Source of the DNA: an uncultured Candidatus Saccharibacteria bacterium
GTDB lineage: Bacteria > Patescibacteriota > Dojkabacteria > SC72 > JAFGCJ01
Reading direction: 5' to 3'
Length of the DNA stretch: 43,003 bases
Assembly: GCA_964508755.1 (NCBI GenBank)
Contig: CAZDUZ010000002.1
Location: 3,395-46,397 of the forward strand
Below the pieces are notes generated by a model, which worked only from the letters and a program-made list of their open reading frames with translations, searched no databases and was not told the DNA's origin. Below are positions 1-9,967 of this stretch, piece after piece (the first letter of the stretch is position 1; every line of letters starts with the position of its first letter). The translations under genes were made by a program, and so were the position numbers.

Positions 1-1939
1 GCATGGAATATATGCAGGTTTCCGGAAAAAATCCAGAATAATATTGAGGAAATAACCGTCCTTGATTACCAATATCGCACAACATCCAATTAAGCAAATA
101 TATCTCCTTTTCATCCCAAACTTGTTTTTCGTCTCCGGGTGCCCATTCCTGCAGGACTTCTCCTTTTGATGTTTCAACCTTAAGAATTGCGGTGGTTGGA
201 GCTTTGACCCCATTGTTTGCAAAGGTTGCGTATGCAGCGGTGTGCTCTACTAAAGCCATTTCTGCAGCACCTAATACAATGCTAAGACCATACTGATCCG
301 TATTGGTAAGTGATGTAACACCAAATGCTTCTGCGGTTCTGATAAATTCTTCAGCACCTCCCGCTAATTGCATTGTGTACAGCGCGGGGAGATTGCGTGA
401 TTCTACGAGAGCTTCACGAGCAAGAATTAACCCTTCATACTTCCCATCCCAATTCTTCGGCTTGTAGTTTGCTCCAAAGCTCAGTGGTATATCAGGAGTA
501 AGTAGGGCCGGACTATAGCCTTTATGAATTGCAGCAAGATATCCATATGGCTTTACCGATGAACCCATCTGTCTCAACTGAGTAGCAATATTTACGTTTC
601 CATCGACTCGGGGATCAGGAGGAGCCCAGTAATCATATGAACCTACCATACTTAATATTTGTCCTGTTTTGGGATCGATTACAACCATACTTGCATTGTT
701 TACATTGTAAGCAGATCGGAATTTATCAACACCTGCACGGATTTCCTCTTCAGCAATTGTCTGCAAGTCAAAATCAAGGGTGGTTGTAACGCGGAGTCCC
801 CCTCGCTCTACGCGGTCTATTCCGTACTCTTCAATGAGTTGCTGCTTTATATAGAAAACAAAATGAGGAGCATTAATATCAAGAGGGGCTGGAGTGTATA
901 CCATTTCTTGGTCACGAGCTTCTTCAATGATATTTTCTGATAATTTTAATTCCTTTCCTTGCTTCTTAGATACTCGTTCGATCAATTCTTCTTTATCAAG
1001 CATCTGGTCGAGTACATAGTCCCTTCTTACTTCTGACTGCTCAGGATTGGTACCAAAGAGTGGTGAAGAAATGCCGGGGGTTTGGACGAGACCTGCGAGG
1101 AGAGCACTTTCAGCAAGTGTTAGTTCGCTTACATCTTTTCCAAAGTATGCTTTAGCTCCGGCTTCAATTCCATAGTTCGTTCCTCCAAGAGCTACTTCGT
1201 TGAGATACATTTGTAAAATTTCGTCTTTGGTAAAGGTTTGCTCTAACTGCATAGTGATAAGCATTTCTTTAGCTTTGCGGGTTAGAGATTTGTCAAAGGC
1301 TTCATCTCCAAGCACATCATAGAGAAGCGTGTTTTTTACAAGTTGTTGGCTGATCGTGCTTGCTCCTCTCGAAGATTGGCCACGAAAGACATAGTTGTAT
1401 GCAGCTTTAATAAGTCCCGGAATATCCAGTCCTTTATGTTCGTAAAATTCTACGTCTTCTGCAGCAAGAAATGCCCAGATGGTATGGGCGGGAACTTTAT
1501 CGATGCTGACAAATTCACGATTCTGGTCTCCAAAAACCGTATATAGTAATTTCCCGCTTTGAGGTCCTCCTCTGTCATAAATCTTTGTCGATTGGTCTGA
1601 TTGTCTATCAATGAGCTCGTCTGGATCAGGAAGCGAAGCGCTGATACTTGCAAGTGTTGCTCCAACGAATATAGTCCCGAATAAGGTTCCGATAGTTATG
1701 AGTCCTAAGATGATGCCGAGAACTTTGCTCATCGTTTTCTTTGCGTTAGGCGATAACTTCGAACCTCCTATGCCAAGTAACCCTCTACCCTTAGATTTCG
1801 TGTATTTTGAATTGTATCGTACACCCTTTCCAGTGGAGTAAAGTCGCTTACTGCTGAAGGCGGTTTTTCGACTCGATGAGGGTATTGCAAATCTTGATCT
1901 AGCTTTTGTTCTTGATGATATTCCTACGTTATATTTCAT
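1..1939 (-). CDS. Class A penicillin-binding protein (transglycosylase/transpeptidase), runs off the window start
   Basis: Not in ORF track; translated by hand from ATG at 1939: basic N-tail, TM helix, GT51 motifs EDVEFYEHKGLD and GASTISQQLVKN, transpeptidase SxxK (RQMGSSVKP) and SxN (ESRNLPA). Confidence 0.93.
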   Translation of the reverse strand, partial: MKYNVGISSRTKARSRFAIPSSSRKTAFSSKRLYSTGKGVRYNSKYTKSKGRGLLGIGGSKLSPNAKKTMSKVLGIILGLITIGTLFGTIFVGATLASISASLPDPDELIDRQSDQSTKIYDRGGPQSGKLLYTVFGDQNREFVSIDKVPAHTIWAFLAAEDVEFYEHKGLDIPGLIKAAYNYVFRGQSSRGASTISQQLVKNTLLYDVLGDEAFDKSLTRKAKEMLITMQLEQTFTKDEILQMYLNEVALGGTNYGIEAGAKAYFGKDVSELTLAESALLAGLVQTPGISSPLFGTNPEQSEVRRDYVLDQMLDKEELIERVSKKQGKELKLSENIIEEARDQEMVYTPAPLDINAPHFVFYIKQQLIEEYGIDRVERGGLRVTTTLDFDLQTIAEEEIRAGVDKFRSAYNVNNASMVVIDPKTGQILSMVGSYDYWAPPDPRVDGNVNIATQLRQMGSSVKPYGYLAAIHKGYSPALLTPDIPLSFGANYKPKNWDGKYEGLILAREALVESRNLPALYTMQLAGGAEEFIRTAEAFGVTSLTNTDQYGLSIVLGAAEMALVEHTAAYATFANNGVKAPTTAILKVETSKGEVLQEWAPGDEKQVWDEKEIYLLNWMLCDIGNQGRLFPQYYSGFFPETCIYSM

Positions 1940-2171
1940 GATTCATTCATTATATAGTATCAATTTCAATGCGTCTATTTTGTGGGTACGCTGTTATGTT
2001 TTATACGTAACGGGGAGACGAGGGGTAACAAATTTCAACTTAACGCCTCTATAAAAGCTAAAATATAGTGGTAGATCGCTTCTGTCATTTCCACCACAAA
2101 AAGCTCCCTTTGGGGTGCGTTTGCTGTGGAGGCTTCATCTTCTTATTTCAACGTCATTGTAAGGAAAGTTG

Positions 2172-2201
2172 TTGACACGACTGACGAGTATATGTTACTG
2201 T
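2172..2201 (+). promoter_or_regulatory. Putative sigma70 promoter of the mraZ/dcw operon
   Basis: Exact TTGACA at 2172-2177; TGn-TACTGT extended -10 at 2196-2201 (18-nt spacer). Confidence 0.55.
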
Positions 2202-2226
2202 GGTGAGTGGTGGTGAATGGTGGTGA
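2200..2226 (+). promoter_or_regulatory. MraZ-binding direct repeats
   Basis: GTGGTGA three times with exact 10-nt period (2200, 2210, 2220) directly before the mraZ ATG; matches the known GTGG-N6 style MraZ operator. Confidence 0.85.
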
Positions 2227-2229
2227 AAT

Positions 2230-2673
2230 ATGATAGTAGGACAGTATACAACCAAAATTGGAGTTAAAAAAAGAGTAGCTGTCCCGAAGAAGTTTAGGGA
2301 TGAGATGGGTGACGACTTGATTGTTACGAGAGGATACGAAGGATGTTTGATTTTGGTTGATAAATCGAGGTGGGATCAGATTACGAAGGAAGTTGTTACT
2401 GGCTCTTTTATTGATAAAAAGGTTCGAGACTCAGGCCGATTTCTGATTGCCGGTGCACATGAAGTGCAACTTGATGAGCAAGGAAGATTTGTAGTTCCTG
2501 GGGGGCTCTTTCAATACGCAGATCTAAACCGAGCGGCTTGCTTTTTAGGTCTTGTGAATTGGGTAGAAATTTGGTCAGAAGAAAAATGGAAGGAACATGA
2601 ACAATTTATTAAAGAAAACGGAGAAGAGATAGCACAAGAGCTATCTAGTTTAAACACTGTCGAGAGGAAATGA
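2230..2673 (+). CDS. mraZ: Division/cell-wall cluster repressor MraZ
   Basis: 147 aa, RVAVPKKFR and LDEQGRFVVP repeats, VEIWSEEKW; upstream of rsmH. Confidence 0.95.
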   Translation: MIVGQYTTKIGVKKRVAVPKKFRDEMGDDLIVTRGYEGCLILVDKSRWDQITKEVVTGSFIDKKVRDSGRFLIAGAHEVQLDEQGRFVVPGGLFQYADLNRAACFLGLVNWVEIWSEEKWKEHEQFIKENGEEIAQELSSLNTVERK

Positions 2674-3590
2674 ACATGAATTCTTCGGTGGTGCACGTGC
2701 CAGTTCTTTTACAATCAGCAATACATTATCTTCAGATAGATCCTTCTGGCGTTTATGTGGATTGTACGTTAGGAGATGGAGGTTATAGTAAGGCGATCTT
2801 TGATCATCTTTCAGAAGACGGCCGTTTGATAAGTCTTGATTGTGATGAACAATCAGTGGATTTTACCAATGAAAGGTATTCTAAAGAAATTAGTACTGGA
2901 CGATGGACGGTTGTTCGAGAAAACTTCTCGAAGTTGTTAAGTGTCATAGAGACACTTTCACTGAATTCTGTTAATGGAGTTGTCTTTGATTTAGGTTTGT
3001 CATCAAGGCAGCTTGATAACGATGCGGATGAAAGAGGATTTAGTTACCTAAGAAACCAGAAGTTAGATATGCGGATGGATTCAAGGTTGGGTGTTACCGC
3101 GGAAGATTTAATCCGTGTCCTTAGTGAAGAGGAACTTGAACGGCTTATAAGAGAATATGGGGAAGAAAGGTATGCAAGGAGGATTGCAATAGAGCTGAAG
3201 AAGTGGATTGCTCAGCATCCAGGTAGACAATGTACATCGGACGAAATTGCAGCACTTGTCCGTAGAGTTGTACCGGCTGGCTATCGTAAGGAGTCGAAGC
3301 ACCCCGCTAGACGGGTGTTTCAGGCATTTCGAATCGCTGTAAACGACGAGCTGCGGAGTTTACGGTCGGGGTTATCTTCGGCTCTTTCGGTAGTCTCTCA
3401 GGGTGGGAGAGTGGTGGTAGTTAGCTACCACTCGCTTGAGGATCGTATTGTTAAAAACATTTTTACTGATGCTGTGACGTCTGGTGAATTCAAATTAGTA
3501 ACACCAAAACCTGTGTTACCTGAACCAGAGGAAGTGAACGACAATCCTCGTGCTAAAAGCGCGAAACTGAGAGTAATTGAAAGTAATTGA
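2670..3590 (+). CDS. rsmH: 16S rRNA m4C1402 methyltransferase
   Basis: HVPVLL, DCTLGDGGYS, DLGLSSRQLD, LDMRMD, SYHSLEDRIVK, NPRAKSAKLR. Confidence 0.97.
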   Translation: MNMNSSVVHVPVLLQSAIHYLQIDPSGVYVDCTLGDGGYSKAIFDHLSEDGRLISLDCDEQSVDFTNERYSKEISTGRWTVVRENFSKLLSVIETLSLNSVNGVVFDLGLSSRQLDNDADERGFSYLRNQKLDMRMDSRLGVTAEDLIRVLSEEELERLIREYGEERYARRIAIELKKWIAQHPGRQCTSDEIAALVRRVVPAGYRKESKHPARRVFQAFRIAVNDELRSLRSGLSSALSVVSQGGRVVVVSYHSLEDRIVKNIFTDAVTSGEFKLVTPKPVLPEPEEVNDNPRAKSAKLRVIESN

Positions 3591-3614
3591 AAGAAATTGA
3601 AATAATAATTAAAA

Positions 3615-3989
3615 ATGAACACTCAACTCAATATTATAAAACGAAAAATTAAAGGCGCTGTCCGAAAAGCGTCTGATGCAAGTGAAAAAAAGTCACCACT
3701 TTTACTTTATTCGGCCTCAGCGTTGGTGCTTGTTATGTTTGTGTTTTGCATTGTCAACCTTGTCGCTGTTTCTGTTCTAAGTCCCCGAGGAAAGATAATG
3801 CGTGAATTTAATGATGAGAAAAACGCATTGGTAGAGGAGAACAGAGTGTTGGAACAAAAAATTGCTGAAAGAATGGCGTTGGAAGTAATTACGAATCGAG
3901 CACAGAAGGAATTGTCAATGAAAAGGGTTGAATCAGTGCTGTTTGTTAAGGCAAGTCCCGTTGCTGCAGACGCATCTGTTCCTCAATGA
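3615..3989 (+). CDS. ftsL: FtsL-like cell division protein
   Basis: Basic N-terminus, one TM helix, coiled coil ending RAQKELSM; sits between rsmH and ftsI. Confidence 0.7.
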   Translation: MNTQLNIIKRKIKGAVRKASDASEKKSPLLLYSASALVLVMFVFCIVNLVAVSVLSPRGKIMREFNDEKNALVEENRVLEQKIAERMALEVITNRAQKELSMKRVESVLFVKASPVAADASVPQ

Positions 3990-5764
3990 AGAATTATCAC
4001 AAAACTCAACGAAAAAAAACTTCCACACCATCAAATCCTGTAGATGGATTTGTCTGGCGTTACCGGCTCGCCCTTCTCTTTGTATTTGGAATTGTTGGAG
4101 CTGGACTGATATATCAAATGTACCGATGGCAAGTGAAAGGCTATGAACATTTTTCCGAAATGGCTAAGGTCCAACATCTTTCTGATGAGCGTCTTTCATC
4201 TTCCCGTGGAACAATTTATGCTGCTGATGGTTCGGTACTTGCCGTCGATGAGCCGGTATGGGATGTGTATGTGTCAGTAAGTCTTGATTCTTCAGATCGT
4301 CAACGGTTTGAAGATCAGCGAGATGAGTTTATTATTGAGGCGTCAGATATTCTTGAACTAGATCAGGAAAAAGTTGCTGAATCGTTAGAAGGTGAGTTTC
4401 AGCACGTGTTGCTTAAAAAATCTGCAACAGTTACTGAAAAGAACGCACTTGAGGAGAAGGCACTCTTTGGATTGTACTTTGAAGAGAAAGAAAGACGAAT
4501 TTATCCTCAAGGAACACTCGCTTCTCATATTATTGGATTTGTGGGGAAAAATGAAACTGGCGAAGATGTCGGTAATTATGGACTTGAAGGTTATTACGCT
4601 GGAGATCTTTTAGGTATTGAAGGCTACAAATATGAAGAAAAGGATTCTCGAGGAAATGTAATACTTACCGGAGAGTATAATCCGGTCATTCCACGAGAAG
4701 GAAAAAACATTGTACTAACTATTGAACCAGGACTTCAAAAACGGGTAGAAGGTCTTATCGAAAAAGGAGTCAAAGATCATAAAGCAAAAAGCGGTAGTGT
4801 CATCATAATGGAACCTTCTACGGGTAAAGTTCTCGCTATGGCTAATTATCCTCGTTTCAATCCATCCTACTATTGGAAAGAAAAGGACGCGGAGGTATTT
4901 CGCAATAAAGCCGTTTCGGATGTGTATGAGTTCGGGTCAGTAAACAAAGTACTCACGGTATCAATGGCTCTTGAGGAAGGAGAAATCACACCTAAAAGCG
5001 AATGTGTTGACGACTCTGGCTCTATAGAAGTACTGGATAAAACAATTTACACCTGGGACCGTAAACCAGATGGAGTGTTATTACCTCAGGATACTTTACG
5101 ATTTTCTAATAATATCTGTGCTGTGAAAACGGGACAGTTGGTTGGTATAGAGCGTTTTTATACTTATTTAAGGAAATTTGGAATTGGAGATTTTATTGGA
5201 ATAGGGCTTCAAGACGAATCTACTAGTTATCTTCCTCCCTTGGAGAAATGGAATCTAGTAGATTTGGCTACAGCATCGTTTGGGCAAGCTATCTCAGCAA
5301 CACCTCTACAAATAGTATCGGCTATTGGTACAATTGCAAATGATGGGGTTCGAATGCGTCCATTTATTGTCGATGAGATATATGACACAACGGAGAAGAT
5401 TGACATAAAGCCTGAAGTGATCGAGCGTGTAATATCAGAGGAATCGGCAATTGCTGTACAGGATATGATGGAAGTTGTGGTAAAGGAAGGTGAAGCTAAA
5501 AGTTGGTTTCAACATCTAAGTCATTACAGTATAGCTGGTAAGACAGGAACTGCTGAAATTCCTTTTAAAGATCGATACGGATACCAGGCAGATAAAACAA
5601 ATGTTACCTTTGTCGGTTTTTCACCGGTACATGATGCCAAAATGGTAATGATTGTGAGACTAGAAGAGCCTGGAGACAACACACTATCAGCTTATACTGT
5701 CGTGCCCGTTTGGATTGAGATATTTGAGAATGTGGCGCTCGACCTTGGTATTGCCCCGCAGTAA
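3986..5764 (+). CDS. ftsI: Class B PBP (FtsI-type D,D-transpeptidase)
   Basis: RGTIYAADG, RIYPQG, GLEGYY; SxxK (GSVNK), SxN (FSNN), KTG (AGKTGTA). Confidence 0.9.
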   Translation: MKNYHKTQRKKTSTPSNPVDGFVWRYRLALLFVFGIVGAGLIYQMYRWQVKGYEHFSEMAKVQHLSDERLSSSRGTIYAADGSVLAVDEPVWDVYVSVSLDSSDRQRFEDQRDEFIIEASDILELDQEKVAESLEGEFQHVLLKKSATVTEKNALEEKALFGLYFEEKERRIYPQGTLASHIIGFVGKNETGEDVGNYGLEGYYAGDLLGIEGYKYEEKDSRGNVILTGEYNPVIPREGKNIVLTIEPGLQKRVEGLIEKGVKDHKAKSGSVIIMEPSTGKVLAMANYPRFNPSYYWKEKDAEVFRNKAVSDVYEFGSVNKVLTVSMALEEGEITPKSECVDDSGSIEVLDKTIYTWDRKPDGVLLPQDTLRFSNNICAVKTGQLVGIERFYTYLRKFGIGDFIGIGLQDESTSYLPPLEKWNLVDLATASFGQAISATPLQIVSAIGTIANDGVRMRPFIVDEIYDTTEKIDIKPEVIERVISEESAIAVQDMMEVVVKEGEAKSWFQHLSHYSIAGKTGTAEIPFKDRYGYQADKTNVTFVGFSPVHDAKMVMIVRLEEPGDNTLSAYTVVPVWIEIFENVALDLGIAPQ

Positions 5765-5779
5765 ATCCTAATTTACAAT
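5751..5779 (+). promoter_or_regulatory. Putative promoter for a leaderless transcript
   Basis: TTGCCC-17 nt-TACAAT, ending 6 nt before ATG 5786. Confidence 0.55.
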
Positions 5780-5785
5780 AAGGAT

Positions 5786-6550
5786 ATGAAGAGAAACCCT
5801 CTAATTGCTTTCATTCTGATACAGAGTACAAAACTGGCTATTAGAAAGCATGATATAAAAAGTGTATGGGTTATTGGACGAACGGGGACTGTTGTGACGA
5901 GCGAGCTCATTGAAGGATTACTTAAGAAGCAAGCTCCGGTGAGAAGGCAGATCTTGAGAGAAAAAACTCCTTACACTGTATTGTTTTCTTATCTGGGAAT
6001 TGAAGATCGGGTTTATTCAATTAGAAGTTGGATGCAGATAATCTGGAAAGTTTTTCTTCAACTGCTACTAGGAAAACGAGCTCCATCATGGGTTATTGTA
6101 CAGCTAAACGAGTTTGATGCTTCGAAAACACGGCTTCTTACATCGGGAATAGTTCCTCAGGTGATTGTGTGGCTGGATAATCCTGTATCTTCTGAACTTA
6201 AGGATATCTTGAAAAAAAAGAATTGTATTTCGCTTTTACAAAAAGAAGTAGATACTGATAAAAAAGTACTTTTACCTCAGTATTCAATTTATCGTGGTGA
6301 AAGGAGGGTTGGATTTTTTCGCCTGATTACCTGGAGAACGGTAAAGACAGGAACATCCATTTCCGGTATTTGGAATAAGTACAACAGTAAGTGTAAATCA
6401 ATCATTATGCATCGTGGACTGTATCTTCGAGATCCTTATGGTTTTGCTATAGCCTTTGGTCTGCATAACGGAATGAATATAAGGAAGTTAACTGATGTGC
6501 TCCCCTCGTTGATAGTTACGCCACCACAACTTAACTCTGATATTACATAA
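5786..6550 (+). CDS. Hypothetical protein, degenerate Mur-ligase central-domain-like
   Basis: dcw position; RKHDIKSVWVIGRTGTVVTSELI resembles the Mur ligase 'GITGSxGKTTT' segment without GKT; only 254 aa. Confidence 0.5.
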   Translation: MKRNPLIAFILIQSTKLAIRKHDIKSVWVIGRTGTVVTSELIEGLLKKQAPVRRQILREKTPYTVLFSYLGIEDRVYSIRSWMQIIWKVFLQLLLGKRAPSWVIVQLNEFDASKTRLLTSGIVPQVIVWLDNPVSSELKDILKKKNCISLLQKEVDTDKKVLLPQYSIYRGERRVGFFRLITWRTVKTGTSISGIWNKYNSKCKSIIMHRGLYLRDPYGFAIAFGLHNGMNIRKLTDVLPSLIVTPPQLNSDIT

Positions 6551-7105
6551 ATGGAATTATCTGATGAAAAACTGGATGTCTTTCGGGCGCAAAAAAATCC
6601 AGAACACTTTGCAGTTCTATATCAGAGGTACTATGAAACTATTTTACGCTTTATCCAAAGCAAAATATCCTCTCGAGAGATATCAGAAGATCTTGCTTCA
6701 CAAACATTCGTTAAAGCACTTGAGAACATTGCATATTTTAGATGGCAGGGAATAAGTTTTCGTTCCTGGATTTTTAGGATTGCTCGAAATACAATGTATG
6801 ACTATTTTCGATCATCTGTTGTACGTAAATCGAGACGACTTTCTGAAACGTTCGAAGATACCTTGGCTGGATCAGTATCTCTTGAAAGAGAACTTCTTTA
6901 TGACGAAGATGAGTTAAAACTTTTTGAAACAATCGCTTCATTTCCTCCAAAAGATCAGTATCTCTTGTACTATAAGTACTTTGAAGGAATGAGTGTGGAA
7001 GAAATATCACAGATCGTAGGTTTATCTAAGGCAAATGTAGCAACTCGGCTGCACCGTATTAGAAAAGTAATGGAAAGCAAAATGAGCAAAGGGTCAAAAA
7101 AGTAG
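6551..7105 (+). CDS. ECF-type RNA polymerase sigma factor
   Basis: Region 2 (SEDLASQTFVKA...FRSWIFRIARN) and region 4 HTH (SVEEISQIVGLSKANVATRLHR). Confidence 0.93.
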   Translation: MELSDEKLDVFRAQKNPEHFAVLYQRYYETILRFIQSKISSREISEDLASQTFVKALENIAYFRWQGISFRSWIFRIARNTMYDYFRSSVVRKSRRLSETFEDTLAGSVSLERELLYDEDELKLFETIASFPPKDQYLLYYKYFEGMSVEEISQIVGLSKANVATRLHRIRKVMESKMSKGSKK

Positions 7106-7109
7106 AGAG

Positions 7110-7814
7110 CTAGTCTGGTATCCGTACCGTTGCCTTTTTATTGAAAGATTTTGCAATTCTGAGGAAACGTCTCATGTGTTCCCGAGAGAATGATTTCACT
7201 TTTGCAAATGAAGGATCGACCGTGCCATTGGGTTCAAAGTTCTGAAGCACATATTTCGGCACGTCTTTAATATATGGCATCATATCTGCAAGAACTTCTT
7301 CTGTGTGAATTCCAGGAACGAGCGTAGTTCTTATTTCATAGGGAATGGAACTTTTCTTCAATAATGAAAGGGAAGTGAGTACATTAGCTGTTTTCCGAGC
7401 ATTAGATTTCATGATTTTATAGGAATTAGGGGAAACCTTAAAATCCATTGCGACATAATCGGCTAGCCCATGATGTATTATTTCTGACAGTCTAGAAGGG
7501 AGAGTTCCGTTTGTGTCAACTTTTATTAAGAAACCTCGCGAGTGAATTTCTTTAAATAGAGGTTTTAATTCCTTAAGCCACAGAAGAGGTTCGCCACCAG
7601 TGAATACAACCCCTTCAAGCTTACCTTTACGAGTGTCTAGGAATGTAAGTAGTTCATCTGTTTCCAAAGACTTTGATTCTTCGGGTTTGGCTGTTACAAG
7701 TTCAGGATTGTGACAGTAGGGACATCTGAGGGTACAACCATGGGTAAAAACAGTACAGGCAATTTTCCCAGGATAATCAATAAGTGTTGTTTTCTTAAAT
7801 CCGTATAATCTCAT
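7110..7814 (-). CDS. nrdG: Anaerobic ribonucleotide reductase activase (radical SAM)
   Basis: LIDYPGK, CxxxCxxC (CTLRCPYCHN), TGGEP, DTNG, EIRTT; overlaps the nrdD stop. Confidence 0.93.
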   Translation of the reverse strand: MRLYGFKKTTLIDYPGKIACTVFTHGCTLRCPYCHNPELVTAKPEESKSLETDELLTFLDTRKGKLEGVVFTGGEPLLWLKELKPLFKEIHSRGFLIKVDTNGTLPSRLSEIIHHGLADYVAMDFKVSPNSYKIMKSNARKTANVLTSLSLLKKSSIPYEIRTTLVPGIHTEEVLADMMPYIKDVPKYVLQNFEPNGTVDPSFAKVKSFSREHMRRFLRIAKSFNKKATVRIPD

Positions 7815-9931
7815 GTAGATATTGAAACGACATATTCTTTCCTATCACCATACTCTGCTTTTTTGCCTGGATTCCACCGTTGTACAGGATGAATCTTCCC
7901 AACCACCCGAGAATAGACTTCACATTCATTTCCACAGGAGGGACAGGTCCAATGTTCACCAGCTATGTATCCATGAGTGGCACAAATTGAAAATGTAGGA
8001 GTTATGGTGAAGTAGGGAAGTTTATACTTTGTAGTAACTTTTTTAACGAGCGCTTTGGTAGAGGAAATGTCACTAAGTTTTTCTCCTAGAAAAGCATGGA
8101 ATACTGTTCCTCCTGTATACTTACATTGGAGTTCATCTTGTAGGTCGAGTGCTTCGAACACGTCTTCCGTAAAGCCGACAGGTAGATGAGTTGAGTTTGT
8201 ATAATAGGGTTCAGCTCCTTTTCGATACTCTTCTTCATTTGCGACAATGATATCTTTATAAAGATGTTTATCCTTCTTTGCCAATTGATAGCCGGTAGCC
8301 TCTCCGGGTATTGCTTCTAGATTATAGAGAACTCCTGTGTTTTTTTGATAGATTACGAGTTTGTCGTTTATATGGTCGATAAGCTTTTTTGCCAGTAATT
8401 GACCCTCAGTGGTCGTGAGATCTTTACCAATATAATTGAGGCAGAATTCATTAATTCCAATTATTCCAATAGTGTTAAAGTGGTGGTCCCAATATTTTCC
8501 TGTTTTCTGCTTGAGGTTTCTCAGGTAAAACTTTGAATAGGGATAGAAACCTTTTTCTGTTAACGCTTCTAATGTTTCTCTCCGAAGTTGCAGAGATTCG
8601 GAAGCTTTTTCAAGAAGATAGTCCAGTCGTTCAAACAATTCCTTTTCGCTTTTGTCTTTATATTGGTATCCAAGTCGGGGAAAGTTTATGGTGACGTAGC
8701 CGATGCTTCCCGTTAACGGATTTGCTCCAAATAATCCACCGCCCCGTTTATGCAGCTCTCTGTTATCGATTCTTAAACGGCAACACATCGATCGTGTATC
8801 TTCAGGCTTCATGTCGCTATTCACAAAGTTGGCGAAGTAGGGTATCCCGTATTTACGAGTCATTTCCCATACTGGATCAAGAACATGATTATCCCAGGCA
8901 AAATCCTTAGTAATGTTGTAAGTCGGAATAGGGAACGAAAAAACTCTCCCATTTGCATCTCCCTCCATCATAACTTCTGCAAATGCTGCATTTAAAAGAT
9001 CCATTTCTTTCTGAAAATCACCATACTGTTCTTTTTGCGTTTTACCTCCAATAATAACCTGTTGTTTAGCTAAGTATTTCGGACAAGTAAGATCGAGTGT
9101 TATGTTTGTAAAGGGAACTTGTCCTCCAGCTTTGGTTGGACAATTCATGTTGTAAATAAATTCCTGAACCTTTTGCTTTATTGTTTTTTTACTTAGTTTG
9201 TCATATCGGATGAAGGGGGCAAGGAGTGTGTCAAAATTTGATACAGCAATTGCTCCTTCCGGCGACTCTTGGGTTGTCGTATACATAAAATTGCATAGTT
9301 GACCAAGTGCTGATGAGAAATGTTTAGGTGGAGCGCATTGCAAGAAACCAGGAACACCACCAAAACCAACGGTTAAAAGATCCATTAAGTCCCATCCAAC
9401 ACAGTAAGGACTAATTGCTTGGAGTTTATTAATCTTAATATCTCCGTTATTGTGAAGATCGCGGATCTCTTCAGAGAAAATCTGATTTAACCAATATACT
9501 TTGCCAATTTCACTATAGATGTAGTTATTCAGTCCCGGAAGAGAATAATCTATAGATGAATTACTGTTTACCTCCCAATCTTTCCGGTCGATATAGTCGT
9601 TTACCAGTTTACCCAGATCGACAATGGTTTCAATATTTCTTAAACGTGAGTGGAGATCTCGGTACAGAATATATGCTTTCGCGACTTCTGGAAGTCGGTG
9701 AAGGATAAGTTGTCTTTCAACAATGTCCTGGACTTCTTCAACTGTCGGTGTTTTATCCTTCTCAAAGAAGTTTTTTTCTATCTCTTCGACAACATCTTTG
9801 GTTACACGTTCCGCTTTTGCAAGTGAACGCTGACCAACAGCATCCATCGCTTTACTTATTGCAATGGTTATCTTCGTCTGGGTGAAATCTTCGATTCGTC
9901 CATCTCTTTTTTGTATTTTGAACTCTCCCAT
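7811..9931 (-). CDS. nrdD: Class III RNR paralog with ATP-cone and divergent active-site motifs
   Basis: ATP-cone (IQKRDG...VEEVQDIVE...AKAYILYR), PYCVGWD, RSMCCRL, YYTNSTHLPV, YTGGTVFH, CxxH...CxxC, YSRVVGK. Confidence 0.88.
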   Translation of the reverse strand: MGEFKIQKRDGRIEDFTQTKITIAISKAMDAVGQRSLAKAERVTKDVVEEIEKNFFEKDKTPTVEEVQDIVERQLILHRLPEVAKAYILYRDLHSRLRNIETIVDLGKLVNDYIDRKDWEVNSNSSIDYSLPGLNNYIYSEIGKVYWLNQIFSEEIRDLHNNGDIKINKLQAISPYCVGWDLMDLLTVGFGGVPGFLQCAPPKHFSSALGQLCNFMYTTTQESPEGAIAVSNFDTLLAPFIRYDKLSKKTIKQKVQEFIYNMNCPTKAGGQVPFTNITLDLTCPKYLAKQQVIIGGKTQKEQYGDFQKEMDLLNAAFAEVMMEGDANGRVFSFPIPTYNITKDFAWDNHVLDPVWEMTRKYGIPYFANFVNSDMKPEDTRSMCCRLRIDNRELHKRGGGLFGANPLTGSIGYVTINFPRLGYQYKDKSEKELFERLDYLLEKASESLQLRRETLEALTEKGFYPYSKFYLRNLKQKTGKYWDHHFNTIGIIGINEFCLNYIGKDLTTTEGQLLAKKLIDHINDKLVIYQKNTGVLYNLEAIPGEATGYQLAKKDKHLYKDIIVANEEEYRKGAEPYYTNSTHLPVGFTEDVFEALDLQDELQCKYTGGTVFHAFLGEKLSDISSTKALVKKVTTKYKLPYFTITPTFSICATHGYIAGEHWTCPSCGNECEVYSRVVGKIHPVQRWNPGKKAEYGDRKEYVVSIST

Positions 9932-9967
9932 GTCGGGTCAAAGATAACTTATTCATTAACGGGTTTC

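Noticed and set aside
659-1841. Short ORF-track calls in this span and similar 60-120 aa ORFs nested in long genes across the window
   Set aside because: Shadow frames of well-supported genes (here the minus-strand PBP) with no recognisable motifs.
2089-2130. Imperfect inverted repeat between the PBP gene and mraZ
   Set aside because: Several mismatches, no U-tract, and no evidence of function.
2200-2226. 10-nt periodic repeats as a mini-CRISPR or novel repeat
   Set aside because: Position and sequence are explained by the known MraZ operator.
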